Below, in pieces: positions 28,481 through 39,300 of a stretch of DNA of 64,000 nt. The position numbers were made by a program, and so were the translations under genes. Position 1 is the stretch's first letter. Every line of letters starts with the position of its first letter. Under the pieces are notes generated by a model. That model made no database searches and was not told the origin of the DNA. It was given only the letters and a program-made list of their open reading frames with translations. The stretch is from Candidatus Latescibacterota bacterium (GTDB taxonomy: Bacteria > Latescibacterota > UBA2968): positions 4,288,001-4,352,000 of the forward strand of contig OZ241986.1 in assembly GCA_965204375.1 (NCBI GenBank), given 5' to 3'.

Positions 28481-29827
28481 ATGTCTGACCATTACGACGT
28501 CATAGTAGCGGGCGCGGGCATAGGTGGATTGTGTGCGGCGCTGCGCGCTCGGGAAAAAGGCGCATCCGTAGCCATCATTGAAAAAGCCGAAACAATCGGC
28601 GGATCTGCCGCTGCATCGGGCGGCACCATCTGGTGTGCAAAAAACATCGACGAATGGCTCAAAGTGCAGCCCAATGGCGACACAGCACTCGGCACCGCGC
28701 TCATCGACCGCTTCTACACAGGCATCGAATGGCTCCGCAAACAGGGCGTATCCCTACAAGCGCGCGAAGACAAACCGTACAAATTTCAACGCACCATCTA
28801 CCAATTCACACCCGATGCACGCACCGCACTGGAAATCCTCGGCTACCAGTTCCAACACAGGGGCGGCACCCTCCTCACACACACTGACCTGACCGGCCTC
28901 ATCGGCGGCAACGGCAAACCCATCACTGGCGTCAAAACCACACGATCAGAATTAACAGCCCAATCCGTCATCCTATCAACCGGCGGATATCAGGCCAGCC
29001 CCGAATTGCGCGCGCAGTATTTCGGCGCAGAATCCGATCACATGATCGTCCGCGGCGTACCCCAAAACACCGGCGGAGGCTTTCAAAGCGCACTCGCAGC
29101 AGGCGCGCAACCCACAGGACCCCTCAACCGCTTCTACGGCCACCTCCTACCCGCACCGCCCGCACAAGTCGGCCTGCACAACTTCCTCAAAGTCAAACCC
29201 GACTTCAGCGAATACGCCATCTTAATCAACCTCAAAGGCGAGCGATACGACGACGAATATCTCGGCGACGAAGTCACCTGCCACACCCTCGTCCAGCAAC
29301 CCCGGGCCACAGCCATACTCATCTTTGACCAGCACATCCGCGACAACCAGAACGCACTCTCGCAATGGCCCACCCCGGACAACGACCGCGTCAAAAACAT
29401 CCGCGAAGCAGGCGGCGAAGTCCTCGAAACAGCCTCCCTTGAAGAACTCACCCGCGCACTGAACGATCGCTGGCACATCCCCGCGCATGCCTTCGAAAAA
29501 ACAATGACCGAATACGCCACCGCATGCGCCACCGGCAACGGCCAAACCCTCTCAGTACCAAAAACCGGCGGCCTCATCCCACTCAACACACCGCCTTATT
29601 ACGCCATCCGCACCCTACCCGGCATCACCTTTACCTACGGCGGCGCCAAAGTCAATGCCCAGGCACAAGTCATAGACAACACCGACCAGCCCATCCCGGG
29701 CCTCTACGCAGCCGGCGCCGACTGTGGGGGCATCTACACCCAGGGCTACACAGGCGGATTGTGCATGGGCCTCGCGTATGGCCTCATTGCGGGCGAAAAC
29801 GCGGCTGAATACACCGCACCGGGATAG
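28481..29827 (+). CDS. FAD-dependent oxidoreductase (FAD_binding_2; TcuA/fumarate-reductase-flavoprotein-like)
   Basis: VAGAGIGG, GGSAAASGG, STGGY, PGITFTYGG, IPGLYAAG. Confidence 0.9.
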   Translation: MSDHYDVIVAGAGIGGLCAALRAREKGASVAIIEKAETIGGSAAASGGTIWCAKNIDEWLKVQPNGDTALGTALIDRFYTGIEWLRKQGVSLQAREDKPYKFQRTIYQFTPDARTALEILGYQFQHRGGTLLTHTDLTGLIGGNGKPITGVKTTRSELTAQSVILSTGGYQASPELRAQYFGAESDHMIVRGVPQNTGGGFQSALAAGAQPTGPLNRFYGHLLPAPPAQVGLHNFLKVKPDFSEYAILINLKGERYDDEYLGDEVTCHTLVQQPRATAILIFDQHIRDNQNALSQWPTPDNDRVKNIREAGGEVLETASLEELTRALNDRWHIPAHAFEKTMTEYATACATGNGQTLSVPKTGGLIPLNTPPYYAIRTLPGITFTYGGAKVNAQAQVIDNTDQPIPGLYAAGADCGGIYTQGYTGGLCMGLAYGLIAGENAAEYTAPG

Positions 29828-29854
29828 TCCACCATACACCAAATGGAGAAATGC

Positions 29855-31399
29855 ATGCAACCCAACATCCTCTTTGCTTTTGCCGACGACTGGGGGCGTT
29901 ACGCCAGTGCTTATCGGCGCATAGAAGGGCCCCAATCGCTCAACCAACTCATCGACACCCCCAACTTTGACCGCATCGCCCGCGAAGGCGCGTTATTCAC
30001 CAACGCCTTTGTACCTGCGCCGAGTTGCACCCCTTGCCGAAGTTCTATCCTATCTGGGCAATACTTCTGGCAAACCGGCCTCGGCGCGATCTTATCAGGC
30101 GCGATATGGGACGAAAGCATCCCCACCTACCCCCTCGAACTCGAAAAAGCCGGATACCACATCGGCTACACCTACAAAGTCTGGTCCCCCGGCAAAGCCG
30201 CCAACGCCCCTTATGGCGCCGAGCGAACCCGCTATGAAACCGCCGGCACCAACTATCGAGGATTCTCGCACTGGGTAACCAGACACGCCGACGAATTAGG
30301 CGTTGAAGGTGCCAAACGAGTACTCCTGGACGAAACCCGCGACAACTTCAACGCATTCCTCGACGCCCGTCCAGAGAACACCCCCTTCTGCTACTGGTGG
30401 GGGCCCACCAACACCCACCGCTCCTGGGAACGCGGCTCGGGCAAAGCCTTGTGGGGTTTAGAACCCGACGACCTCAAAGGCCGCTTACCCGGCTTCCTGC
30501 CCGATGTACACGACATCCGCGAAGACGTAGCCGACTACCTGGGCGAATGTCAGGCCGTTGACGCGGGCCTCGGCGTATTAATCCAGCGCCTCGAAGAAAT
30601 CGGCGAACTCGACAACACCCTCATCGTCGTCAGCGGCGACCACGGCATACCGGGCTTTCCCCGCGGCAAATGCAACCTCTACGACATCGGCTGCGAAGTC
30701 ACCCTCGCCGCGCGCTGGCCCAACAACATCCCCGCGGGACGCACCGTTGAAGACTTTGTCAACCTCATGGACCTCGCCCCCACATTCCTCGAAGCCGCAG
30801 GCGCAGACATCCCCGATACCATGACCGGCAAAAGCCTGCTCCCCGTACTCAAAAGCGACCAGAGCGGCCTAGTTGATCCCGACCGCACCTTTGTCATCAC
30901 CGGCAGAGAACGGCACGTTGGCACCGCAAGAGAAGGCCAACTGCCCTATCCGCAACGCGCCATCCGCACCGGCGACTTTCTCTACATCCACAACTTTGCA
31001 CCCGACCGCTGGCCCATGGGCGATCCTCAAGGACTCGACGACCTCCATGCAGAAGCCCCCTCTGCTGAAGAACTGACAAAAAACACCCGCGTCGCTTATC
31101 CCGACATGGATGCCAGCCCCACAAAAACCTATATGATCCACCACCGCGCAGAACAAGACGTACAGGAACTATTCGAAATCGGCTTTGGCAAACGTCCCCA
31201 GGAGGAACTCTACGACCTGCGCGTGGACCCGCACTACATGAACAACATCGCCGACGACCCCGAATACGAACCCATCCGCAAAGAACTCTCTACCGCACTC
31301 ATGCAGACCCTCCGCGAACAAAGCGACCCGCGCCTCGTCGAATCGCCCTGCCGATTCGAACATGCGCCTTATGCTGGACCTGTTGACGAAAACTGGTAA
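29855..31399 (+). CDS. Sulfatase (formylglycine-dependent)
   Basis: PNILFAFADD, CTPCR (CxPxR), SGDHG, ELYDL..DP. Confidence 0.93.
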   Translation: MQPNILFAFADDWGRYASAYRRIEGPQSLNQLIDTPNFDRIAREGALFTNAFVPAPSCTPCRSSILSGQYFWQTGLGAILSGAIWDESIPTYPLELEKAGYHIGYTYKVWSPGKAANAPYGAERTRYETAGTNYRGFSHWVTRHADELGVEGAKRVLLDETRDNFNAFLDARPENTPFCYWWGPTNTHRSWERGSGKALWGLEPDDLKGRLPGFLPDVHDIREDVADYLGECQAVDAGLGVLIQRLEEIGELDNTLIVVSGDHGIPGFPRGKCNLYDIGCEVTLAARWPNNIPAGRTVEDFVNLMDLAPTFLEAAGADIPDTMTGKSLLPVLKSDQSGLVDPDRTFVITGRERHVGTAREGQLPYPQRAIRTGDFLYIHNFAPDRWPMGDPQGLDDLHAEAPSAEELTKNTRVAYPDMDASPTKTYMIHHRAEQDVQELFEIGFGKRPQEELYDLRVDPHYMNNIADDPEYEPIRKELSTALMQTLREQSDPRLVESPCRFEHAPYAGPVDENW

Positions 31400-31434
31400 A
31401 AAAAACGGCTCCTCAATAAAGGAGCCGTTTTTTA
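31398..31434. terminator. Bidirectional intrinsic terminator
   Basis: A-run, CGGCTCCT/AGGAGCCG stem, T-run between convergent genes. Confidence 0.8.
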
Positions 31435-31444
31435 ATATACCTCA

Positions 31445-31571
31445 TCACGATGTAATCTCTTTCATGAGATCATCGGGCGTTGTTGGCAGAGCCTTTCCTT
31501 CTCGAAACTCTCGATTCGCCTCTTTAATATCCCGGGCGAGTTCATCCCGTGAATTTTCCTGAGTTTTAGTT
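31445..31571 (-). pseudogene. C-terminal remnant of an antitoxin-like gene
   Basis: Hand translation ...RDELARDIKEANREFREGKALPTTPDDLMKEITS*; no clear start. Confidence 0.45.
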
Positions 31572-32009
31572 TCACTCTTCTGGATCAATTGGTCTTCCTT
31601 GTGCCAAATATGATTTTAAATGGTTCATGATGAGCCGTTTAACTCGTTTTGCAAGTTGAAAGGTCGTTGCTGCGTGTTGGTGATTAAGATCGAAATCTCC
31701 AGGATATCGAAATTCGACACCATAAGGCGTTAGTGCATCTGCGGGTTCTAATTTTACCGACAAAGACCGATCTATTTTGAGTACCAGATTTCTCAATTTT
31801 GAGATATCGTGTGTTTTGGGAAATTCTACTTGATGACGCACCAATAAGGCTTTGATGAATTTCTCTGCTGACTGTTGTGCGTGAAATGCTATAGTCTCAA
31901 AACTTTTTAGATCACTCTTCAGAAGTATTTCCGTTGCTCTCAGATCATTTTCCGCCTTATCCAGCCACTGCTGCACAAAATCCCATCGAACTTGCTCAGG
32001 AGATCTCAT
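31572..32009 (-). CDS. HEPN-domain protein
   Basis: WLDKAENDL, FHAQQSAEKFIKA, PKTHDI, YGVEFRYPG; start overlaps the MNT gene end. Confidence 0.9.
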   Translation of the reverse strand: MRSPEQVRWDFVQQWLDKAENDLRATEILLKSDLKSFETIAFHAQQSAEKFIKALLVRHQVEFPKTHDISKLRNLVLKIDRSLSVKLEPADALTPYGVEFRYPGDFDLNHQHAATTFQLAKRVKRLIMNHLKSYLAQGRPIDPEE

Positions 32010-32334
32010 AAAGCACCTGACCGTACTTGTGAGCAGGGAACGCCATGCCACCAATAACTTCTTTGGTTTCTTCAAATTCTCGGCTTCCCATAACCCATAA
32101 GTCCAATTCGCAGGGCAAAGAACCCAATGCTCGGCGAAAACGGCGCATTTCATCTCGTTTTGCTACCGGATCTTTTTCAATCACCAGAATGTCATAATCA
32201 CTATCGACATTGGCCGTTCCCCGAGCGCGAGAACCGTACAAAATAACCTTGCGGATTCGATGTTCCTCATCTATCGAGAGCAACCTATTTTTTAATTCAT
32301 TTGTGATGCTCAAATCTCGATCCGTAAGAGCCAT
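31996..32334 (-). CDS. Minimal nucleotidyltransferase (MNT)
   Basis: ILYGSRARG....DSDYDILVI motif; paired with HEPN. Confidence 0.9.
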   Translation of the reverse strand: MALTDRDLSITNELKNRLLSIDEEHRIRKVILYGSRARGTANVDSDYDILVIEKDPVAKRDEMRRFRRALGSLPCELDLWVMGSREFEETKEVIGGMAFPAHKYGQVLYEIS

Positions 32335-32354
32335 CTCGCATTATCCTTTTAATG

Positions 32355-32385
32355 AGGTGCGTACTTTGTAAAGTACGCACCCTAT
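32355..32385. repeat. REP-like palindrome
   Basis: GGTGCGTACTTT-GT-AAAGTACGCACC followed by CTAT. Confidence 0.6.
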
Positions 32386-32392
32386 AGACAAC

Positions 32393-33802
32393 TTAATGAA
32401 ACACCACCATCTTCGTCTCCGTCATCTCCTCCACGGCGTACTTCGGACCCTCCTTGCCCATCCCACTATCCTTCAACCCGCCGTAGGGCATCAAATCCGC
32501 GCGCCACTGCGTACCCCAATTGACGTGGATATTGCCCGAATGGACCTCCCGCGCAAACCGCATCGCCCAGTGGATATTTTCTGTAAACAACGCCGCACTC
32601 AAACCGTAATTCGTATCATTGGCCATCGCAATCGCAGCGTCGATATCGTCAAATCGCGTAATACCCACCGCAGGCCCGAACAACTCATCGCACGAAATTT
32701 TCATACTCGGATCCACATCGGCGAGAATCGTCGGTTGATAAATCGCACCATCGCGGTCGCCGCCCGTCACCAGACGCGCGCCAGCCCCCACCGCATCCTG
32801 AATCCACGCCTGCACGCGCACGGCATCGCGCTCCCTCACCATCGGCCCCATCGTCACGCCATCATCTATGGGATTGCCCGTCGCCAGCGCCTCGACCTTT
32901 GGCGTCAACGCATCGATAAAATCGCCGTAAACCGCATCATTGACAATCACCCGCTGCGCTGAAATACACACCTGTCCGGCATTGGCAAAACCCGTCGTCG
33001 CCGTCGCAGCAGCCACCTGATCCAGATCCGCATCGGGCATCACAATCAAAGGCGCATTAGAACCCAACTCCATCGTCACCTTCTTCAACCCCGCCATATT
33101 GCAAATCTCTTCACCCACATCGCGGCTACCCGTAAAACTGATCTTGCGCACGCGGCTATCCGAACACAGCGCATGGCCCAATTCATTCCCCGGACCCGTA
33201 ATACACTGCACAGCCTCGGCAGGCACACCGGCCTCCACCAAAATCTCCACCAACTTCAGCGCCGAAAGCGGCGTATCCGTCGCCGGCTTCACAATCACCG
33301 CATTGCCCGCAGCGAGTGCAGGACCCACCTTGTGACACACCAGATTCAGGGGAAAATTAAACGGCGTAATCGCCAGCACCACCCCACACGGCACGCGCAG
33401 CGTAAAACCAAACTGATCGCGCACCCCCGAACCGCCATCCAGCGGAATGGTCTCGCCGTACAACCGCTTGGCCTCCTCTGCGGACAGCGTCATCGTCTCA
33501 ATCGCCCGTCCGGCCTCGCCGATGCCCTCGGCCAGAACCTTGCCCTCTTCCAGCGTAATCGTACGCCCCAAATCCTCGACCCGTTCATGCATCAAATTCA
33601 CAGCCCGATGCAAAATCTCATACCGCTCATAAGCCGTCAAAGCCGCCATTGCCTCGGCACCGCGCACGGCCGTCGCAATCGCCACCTCCGCATCTGCGGC
33701 ATCGCCTTTTGGCACCGTATCCACCACCGAATTGTCAAATGGATTGATCACATCGATCTTCTCGGCCTTATCCACCCATTGACCACCAATATGCATCTTC
33801 AC
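32393..33802 (-). CDS. Aldehyde dehydrogenase
   Basis: ITPFNFP, KPA, SFTGS, MELGSN, GQVCIS, ELFGP, PYGGLKDSG. Confidence 0.95.
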   Translation of the reverse strand: MKMHIGGQWVDKAEKIDVINPFDNSVVDTVPKGDAADAEVAIATAVRGAEAMAALTAYERYEILHRAVNLMHERVEDLGRTITLEEGKVLAEGIGEAGRAIETMTLSAEEAKRLYGETIPLDGGSGVRDQFGFTLRVPCGVVLAITPFNFPLNLVCHKVGPALAAGNAVIVKPATDTPLSALKLVEILVEAGVPAEAVQCITGPGNELGHALCSDSRVRKISFTGSRDVGEEICNMAGLKKVTMELGSNAPLIVMPDADLDQVAAATATTGFANAGQVCISAQRVIVNDAVYGDFIDALTPKVEALATGNPIDDGVTMGPMVRERDAVRVQAWIQDAVGAGARLVTGGDRDGAIYQPTILADVDPSMKISCDELFGPAVGITRFDDIDAAIAMANDTNYGLSAALFTENIHWAMRFAREVHSGNIHVNWGTQWRADLMPYGGLKDSGMGKEGPKYAVEEMTETKMVVFH

Positions 33803-33910
33803 GACAAACCTCCTTCAATTAAAAATTACCAATCTCGAACTTCAATTTCATCTCAGCCCACTCATCATGCACAGCGACACCCTGCAAGTCAACAAAATTC
33901 ATCCCTCGCT

Positions 33911-34960
33911 TCACCGCAACCACGCATCCAAATGCTCCGCCACAAAATTGTCGTCATTCAAATGCGGATAAGCAGCATACACGCGGTCGATCTCCTCCGC
34001 TTGTCCCGGCGACAAACCCTCTTCCGGATTCAGACACCAGACACCCTCGAGAAGCCCCTGCCTTCGCAACACCTCGTGAACGCCGGCAATACACCCGTGA
34101 AAATCATTGGACACATCAAAAAACGCCGCATTGCAATCCGTCACCTCAATCGCCCGGATCAGCATCTCCCCTGGCACAGCATCCAATTGCGCGATTTTGT
34201 GACACTTCCCCAATATTTCCACCGCCTTCTTTGTCCACACCGCCCAGTGTCCCAAAAGCCCCCCCACAATACGCACATTCACACGCGCGCCATCGCACCA
34301 AAACCGATGCGACGTCAGCAAATCCATCACAATATTATCATCATTACCCGTATAAAGCGCAATATCCTTCACCCGTCCCGCCGCCACAACCCCGCGAATC
34401 ACATCCAGCGTCTGGTACCGATTAAAAGGCGCAATTTTAATACCCACCACAGCCTCAATCTCTGCAAAACGCCGCCAAAAATCAAACGGCAAGACACGCC
34501 CTCCCACAGCCGGTTGCAGATAAAACCCCATCACCGGAATCACATCGGCCACCGCGCGGCAATGTGCAACCATCGCATCGACACCCACATTGGCAAAAGC
34601 ACGCAAACTCACCAACCCGACCTCATAGCCGCAATCGCGCGCAACCTCTGCCTCTGCCACCGCCTGTCGCGTATTCCCCACAATGCCCGCCACGCGGATA
34701 AAATCAGCCGGCGCATCGGCATCCATCACATCTGCTGCCAGTTCCAAAACGGGCCGGTACAAATCCCATTTGGGATCGCGGATTTCAAATTGCGTGGTAT
34801 GCACCCCCACGGCCAATCCCCCTGCACCAGCGGCAATATAATAGCGCGACAACGCCTGCTGACGCCGGGCATCCAACTTCCGCTCCGCGGTCAGAGCCAG
34901 CGGATGTGCGGGAATCACCTGCCCTTTTTTTAATGCAACCTCAACATCCTTTGATAGCAT
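33911..34960 (-). CDS. Dihydrodipicolinate-synthase-family aldolase/dehydratase
   Basis: IPAHPLAL, GVHTTQF, FYLQ, Schiff-base IKIAPF, YTGNDD. Confidence 0.85.
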   Translation of the reverse strand: MLSKDVEVALKKGQVIPAHPLALTAERKLDARRQQALSRYYIAAGAGGLAVGVHTTQFEIRDPKWDLYRPVLELAADVMDADAPADFIRVAGIVGNTRQAVAEAEVARDCGYEVGLVSLRAFANVGVDAMVAHCRAVADVIPVMGFYLQPAVGGRVLPFDFWRRFAEIEAVVGIKIAPFNRYQTLDVIRGVVAAGRVKDIALYTGNDDNIVMDLLTSHRFWCDGARVNVRIVGGLLGHWAVWTKKAVEILGKCHKIAQLDAVPGEMLIRAIEVTDCNAAFFDVSNDFHGCIAGVHEVLRRQGLLEGVWCLNPEEGLSPGQAEEIDRVYAAYPHLNDDNFVAEHLDAWLR

Positions 34961-34990
34961 CTGTCATTCTCCACGAACAGCCGCGATGAT

Positions 34991-35110
34991 GGGCGAGGCA
35001 TGCCTCGCCCCTACACGCACGCCGGGCGAAAAATTTTTCGCCCCTACGGTTATCTGCGTAAAACGCTCAAATTATTCGCGTTTTTTCTGCGTCATCTGCG
35101 GATCTCACTT
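34991..35110. repeat. Two GTAG-type REPs (34991-35014, 35024-35047) plus ATCTGCG repeats
   Basis: GGGCGAGGCATGCCTCGCCCCTAC; GGGCGAAAAATTTTTCGCCCCTAC. Confidence 0.8.
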
Positions 35111-35712
35111 CCCAACCCCTGCCTCTCCAACTCCGATCGATAATCTTCTGGCGTATCCAGATCCCGCAAAATACCCTCGTCATCTACCGGCACCTCCAGC
35201 GTATCGTGCGGGTGCCCGCGCATGACCGGCTTGAGACCCTCATCCCCGGAAAGCTCCCGAATCTCGTCCCGGTAACGCGACAAATTGATCAGCACCGGAT
35301 GCCCGCGCTTGCCACCCGAAATGGGAATCACAATACCCCGGTCGCCTTCGCGGTATGTCCGCACCACAGCCTGAACCACGCGCAACTCAATCTGAGGCTG
35401 ATCCCCGAGTGCGATCAGCACCGCATCTGCATCCTCAGGCAAATGGTGGAGACCGCAAAGAACGCTGGAAAACATCCCCTCGCGGTACGCGTCATTCACG
35501 CAACACTGCACGGGCCGACCGCGCAAACTCTCGCGCACAGCATCTGCATCGTGCCCCAAAACCACCACAACGCCAGCGAGATCAGCACCGTGTAGCGTAT
35601 CGACCACCGTTTGAAGAATCGTTCGATCGCCAAAAGGCAACAACTGCTTGGTTGACCCCATGCGCCGCGCCATACCCGCGGCCAGTACAAGACCGTAAAT
35701 TTGCTCGCTCAT
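35092..35712 (-). CDS. MocA/MobA-like nucleotidyltransferase (NTP_transf_3)
   Basis: LAAGMARRMG..KQLL, GMFSS, LGDQP, GHPV, DLDTPEDY. Confidence 0.9.
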   Translation of the reverse strand: MSEQIYGLVLAAGMARRMGSTKQLLPFGDRTILQTVVDTLHGADLAGVVVVLGHDADAVRESLRGRPVQCCVNDAYREGMFSSVLCGLHHLPEDADAVLIALGDQPQIELRVVQAVVRTYREGDRGIVIPISGGKRGHPVLINLSRYRDEIRELSGDEGLKPVMRGHPHDTLEVPVDDEGILRDLDTPEDYRSELERQGLGSEIRR

Positions 35713-35901
35713 AATACCCCGGTATTATAAAGATAAGACTCACGATTGACAAGTGCGTATTTTAACAGCTCATACATCATTCCATAAACTTATAATAAAA
35801 CAACATTTTATTAAAATAACTTGACTTTTTCTATTCAGGCATTAAATTTCGGGGTTATAAACAAACGGAGCGCGGGCATCTCAAAACGCGAGGTTACGCC
35901 A

Positions 35902-36129
35902 TTGATCTGCGAACAATGTGGCAAAGTTCCAGCAACAAAAGCACAAACGCATATCGAAAACGGCATAAAGCGCGTCCTTTATCACTGTGATACCTGCGCG
36001 GGCCTTACCGCACCCAAATTAGACCGACCATGCGCGCAGTGCAAACAGCGGGAAGGCGAGATTAAACTCACCCGTATTCGCCCACACGGCCGGGTAGTTA
36101 CATATATTTGTCAGGTCTGTGCTAAATAA
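35902..36129 (+). CDS. Small protein with two McsA-like zinc fingers
   Basis: CEQC...CDTC...CAQC...CQVC; TTG start behind GAGG. Confidence 0.65.
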   Translation: MICEQCGKVPATKAQTHIENGIKRVLYHCDTCAGLTAPKLDRPCAQCKQREGEIKLTRIRPHGRVVTYICQVCAK

Positions 36130-36364
36130 AGAAGTTAGAAGTTAGAAGTTAGAAGTTAGAAAGCCCCACCCAACCGCCCAAAGGCGGCACCTCATTCCAC
36201 TTCACACTTCACACTTCACACTTCACACTTCACACTTCACACTTCACACTTCACACTTCACACTTCACACTTCACACTTCACACTTCACACTTCACACTT
36301 CACACTTCACACTTCACACTTCACACTTCACACTTCACACTTCACACTTCACACTTCACACTTC
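36130..36364. repeat. Heptamer-armed element, copy 2: (AGAAGTT)4, core, about 23-24 perfect CACACTT units
   Basis: Directly visible tandem array. Confidence 0.95.
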
Positions 36365-36368
36365 GCTT

Positions 36369-39300
36369 ATGAACCCCAAAAACTTCATCAATCCCCCTGC
36401 GACTGACCGTTTCGTTCCATTTTGGATATGGAACGGCATCATAGAAGAAAACGAACTCGTCCGTCAAATCCGCGAAATGAGCGAAAAGAGGCTCGGGGGA
36501 TTCTGCCTATCAACAGGACCCGGGCTAAAAACGCCCTATTTGTCGCACATCTGGTTCGAGCGCGTAAAATTGGCACTCGAAACAGCAGAAGAAAATGGCC
36601 TCCATGTCTGGATCCACGACGAATACCGCTATCCAGGTGGTATTGGATCAACCCAAATCACCCTAAACCATCCCCAATTCGTCGCACAACAACTCACCTT
36701 TCGCGAAACCGTTGTACAGGGCGGACAACAAGTTGACCTTATGCTGCCCTGGGCACCCGTGTTACAAGCATTCGCTGTGCCCTTGCGAAGAGACCGCTGT
36801 CTGTGGGAAGACAAACAAGATATCAGTGCTTATCTGGGGGTCAATCACCAACACCACGCATTGCGCAACAACAGCGCTGGGTCCGACCACCATCCCTATA
36901 ATTATGTATCTTTTAATCCCACCCGCCGACTGTACTGGAAAGCACCTGCCGGACGTTGGCGCGTGCTCGTTTTTTTGCAAGAACCCTCGGCAACCAGCGA
37001 TTGTCCTGGCTCACACCTCGATCGGTTCAATCCAGAGTCTGTTCGCACCCTGCACCAGACCATTCAACAACCCTACATCGAACAATTTTCCGCCTTTCAG
37101 GGCAAAACCTTAAAGGGCATCTTAACTTCGGAAACGCATTTTACCAAAGATCGCTTGCCCTGGTCACCCGTACTGCCCGACTACTTCCAAACGCGCAATG
37201 GCTACAATATACTCCCTTGCTTGCCTGCCCTCATAACCTACTTTGGACCCAACACGAGCCGCATCCGCTACGATTATTTTCAAACCCTGAGCGAACTGCA
37301 ACAGCGGCACGACAGCGCGCGCAGTGCCGACTGGTGCAAAGAGCACGACCTCAATTATGCGAGCGACATAACCCCGCTTCGCAATGCCCATCGCACTTCC
37401 ATACCCATACCTGGTACAGGCGGTAGTGTTAAACGCACCAGAGAACACGTCGTATCATATCGCCACAGCCCTGAATTTGCAACGTCGCTCGCCGCACAGA
37501 CAAGCACTTCCCGCGTGCTCAATACTTGTTTTCAAAACACGGGCTGGGCAACCACGCTGCAAGATATGAAAGCACAGCTCGATACCCTCGGCACCCACGG
37601 AACCAACTTCTTTGCGCCCCACGCCCTCTACTACACACTCGACGGATTGCGCAAACACGCCACATCTCTATTTCATCAAAATCCCTACTGGAAACACTTC
37701 CACCTGCTGTCTGACTACGCGGGGCGACTTGCCCATCTCTTGTGCCAGGGTCAACAAGTCGCCGATATTGCACTCCTCGATCCCGTCACCAGCCTGTGGG
37801 CACACCTCGCACACCCGTTTCACAACTGGTCTTATGTCGGCTATGATCCCGATGAAGAAACACTGACCAATAACCTCGTTGCCGACTGGGCTTGTATTGC
37901 CCGCGCTCTGTATCAGATGCAGCGGCCATTTCAAAGTCTTGACCCGGCCCTCCTCGCCCAGGCGGAAATCACCAACCGCCAATTGCAGATCGGCAAAACG
38001 CGCTACACGGTCCTGATCATTCCTCCCATCACCAATCTGGAACGCGCAGCTTTTGATAAGCTACGCGCATTTATCAATGCAGGCGGTCTCGTCATCGCCC
38101 TGGGATTATTGCCCATTGAGGATATTCAAGAAGGCACATCAATCGTCGAGGGATTTTCGCGGTTGACCGACATGGAACCGGGGAGAATGATTCGCGATTA
38201 CAACGGCCACGAATCGGGCGTCCACCTGCTGAGTCGAGACAACTTCATGTTTATCCGCACGGGAGGTACTGTAGAAAAAAATCAGGCGACATTCATGCTG
38301 GAACGCCTGCTCGACGAAATTCTACCCCGGCGAGTACGCATCATGTCAGACGGAAAAAACGCCGATGCAATACAATATCACCACCGCACAGATGAAAAGC
38401 ATCACATATTCTTTTTTGCCAATCGGAGAAATTCGCCTGTTACAACGCAAATTTATATCCCCCCCTCCAGGGGACAGATAGAAAAATGGGATTTAGAAAC
38501 GGGCAAACGCACACCCCTTGTGGCCCAATCCACAGGAGAAATGAGCCGCATCAACCTCTCCTTTGATCGGCTGCAATCACACATGATCGTAACAGGCCCT
38601 GAAAAAACAAAAAAAGAAGAACCTCTGGTAGAAACGCTCAAACTCAATTTAACAGGTCACTGGAAAGTTGATCCAGAAGAAGATAACGCACTGCGCCTGG
38701 ACAAATTCAAAACGAAATTCGACCCGTCTAACACAGGCAAACGCCAGGGCTGGCATCAGCCGACTTATAGCGATAGCAGATGGTCCGAAACGCGCCTACA
38801 ACCTTTTGACGACCCAGAAGAAAAAACGATTTGTTGGTACCGAAAAACCTTTATCGCAGACATTGTCCCCAGTAAACTCTCTCTGGTCATGGATCGAAGT
38901 GCGATTCAGGGAGAGCATCAGATCTACATCAACGGTTCCAAATTGCCGAGCAATGCTTTTCGTCCCACCTTCCGATTCGATCACGCCAACGCGACGTGTT
39001 CCGTGGGACAACGCATAAACAAGGGCAAAAATGTGATCGCCATCCGTGTGGAAGTCAACAGCCCGGGTGATGGCCTCGTCGATGCCCTGTATCTCTTTGG
39101 ACGTTTTCAGGTCAAATCCTGGCGCAACGTATATCCCAAACTATCACCCCTTCAAGATAGCGGTCCAATTTTTGACCTCAAAGCGCAGGGACTGCCCTTC
39201 TATGCTGGCACCGTGTCATACACCCGGGACATCGATTTCAAAACCCTGCCCCAAACCCCGCGTTTCAAAATAGACCTCGAACGCACCGTGAAAAACCTCG

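Noticed and set aside
33173-34933. 586-aa plus-strand ORF (also 59185-60306, 5415-6479, 10080-10961, 1243-2217)
   Set aside because: Antisense or alternate-frame shadows of well-supported genes, with no motifs
36197-36364. Possible CRISPR array
   Set aside because: Pure 7-bp tandem repeat with no spacers; no cas operon in the window
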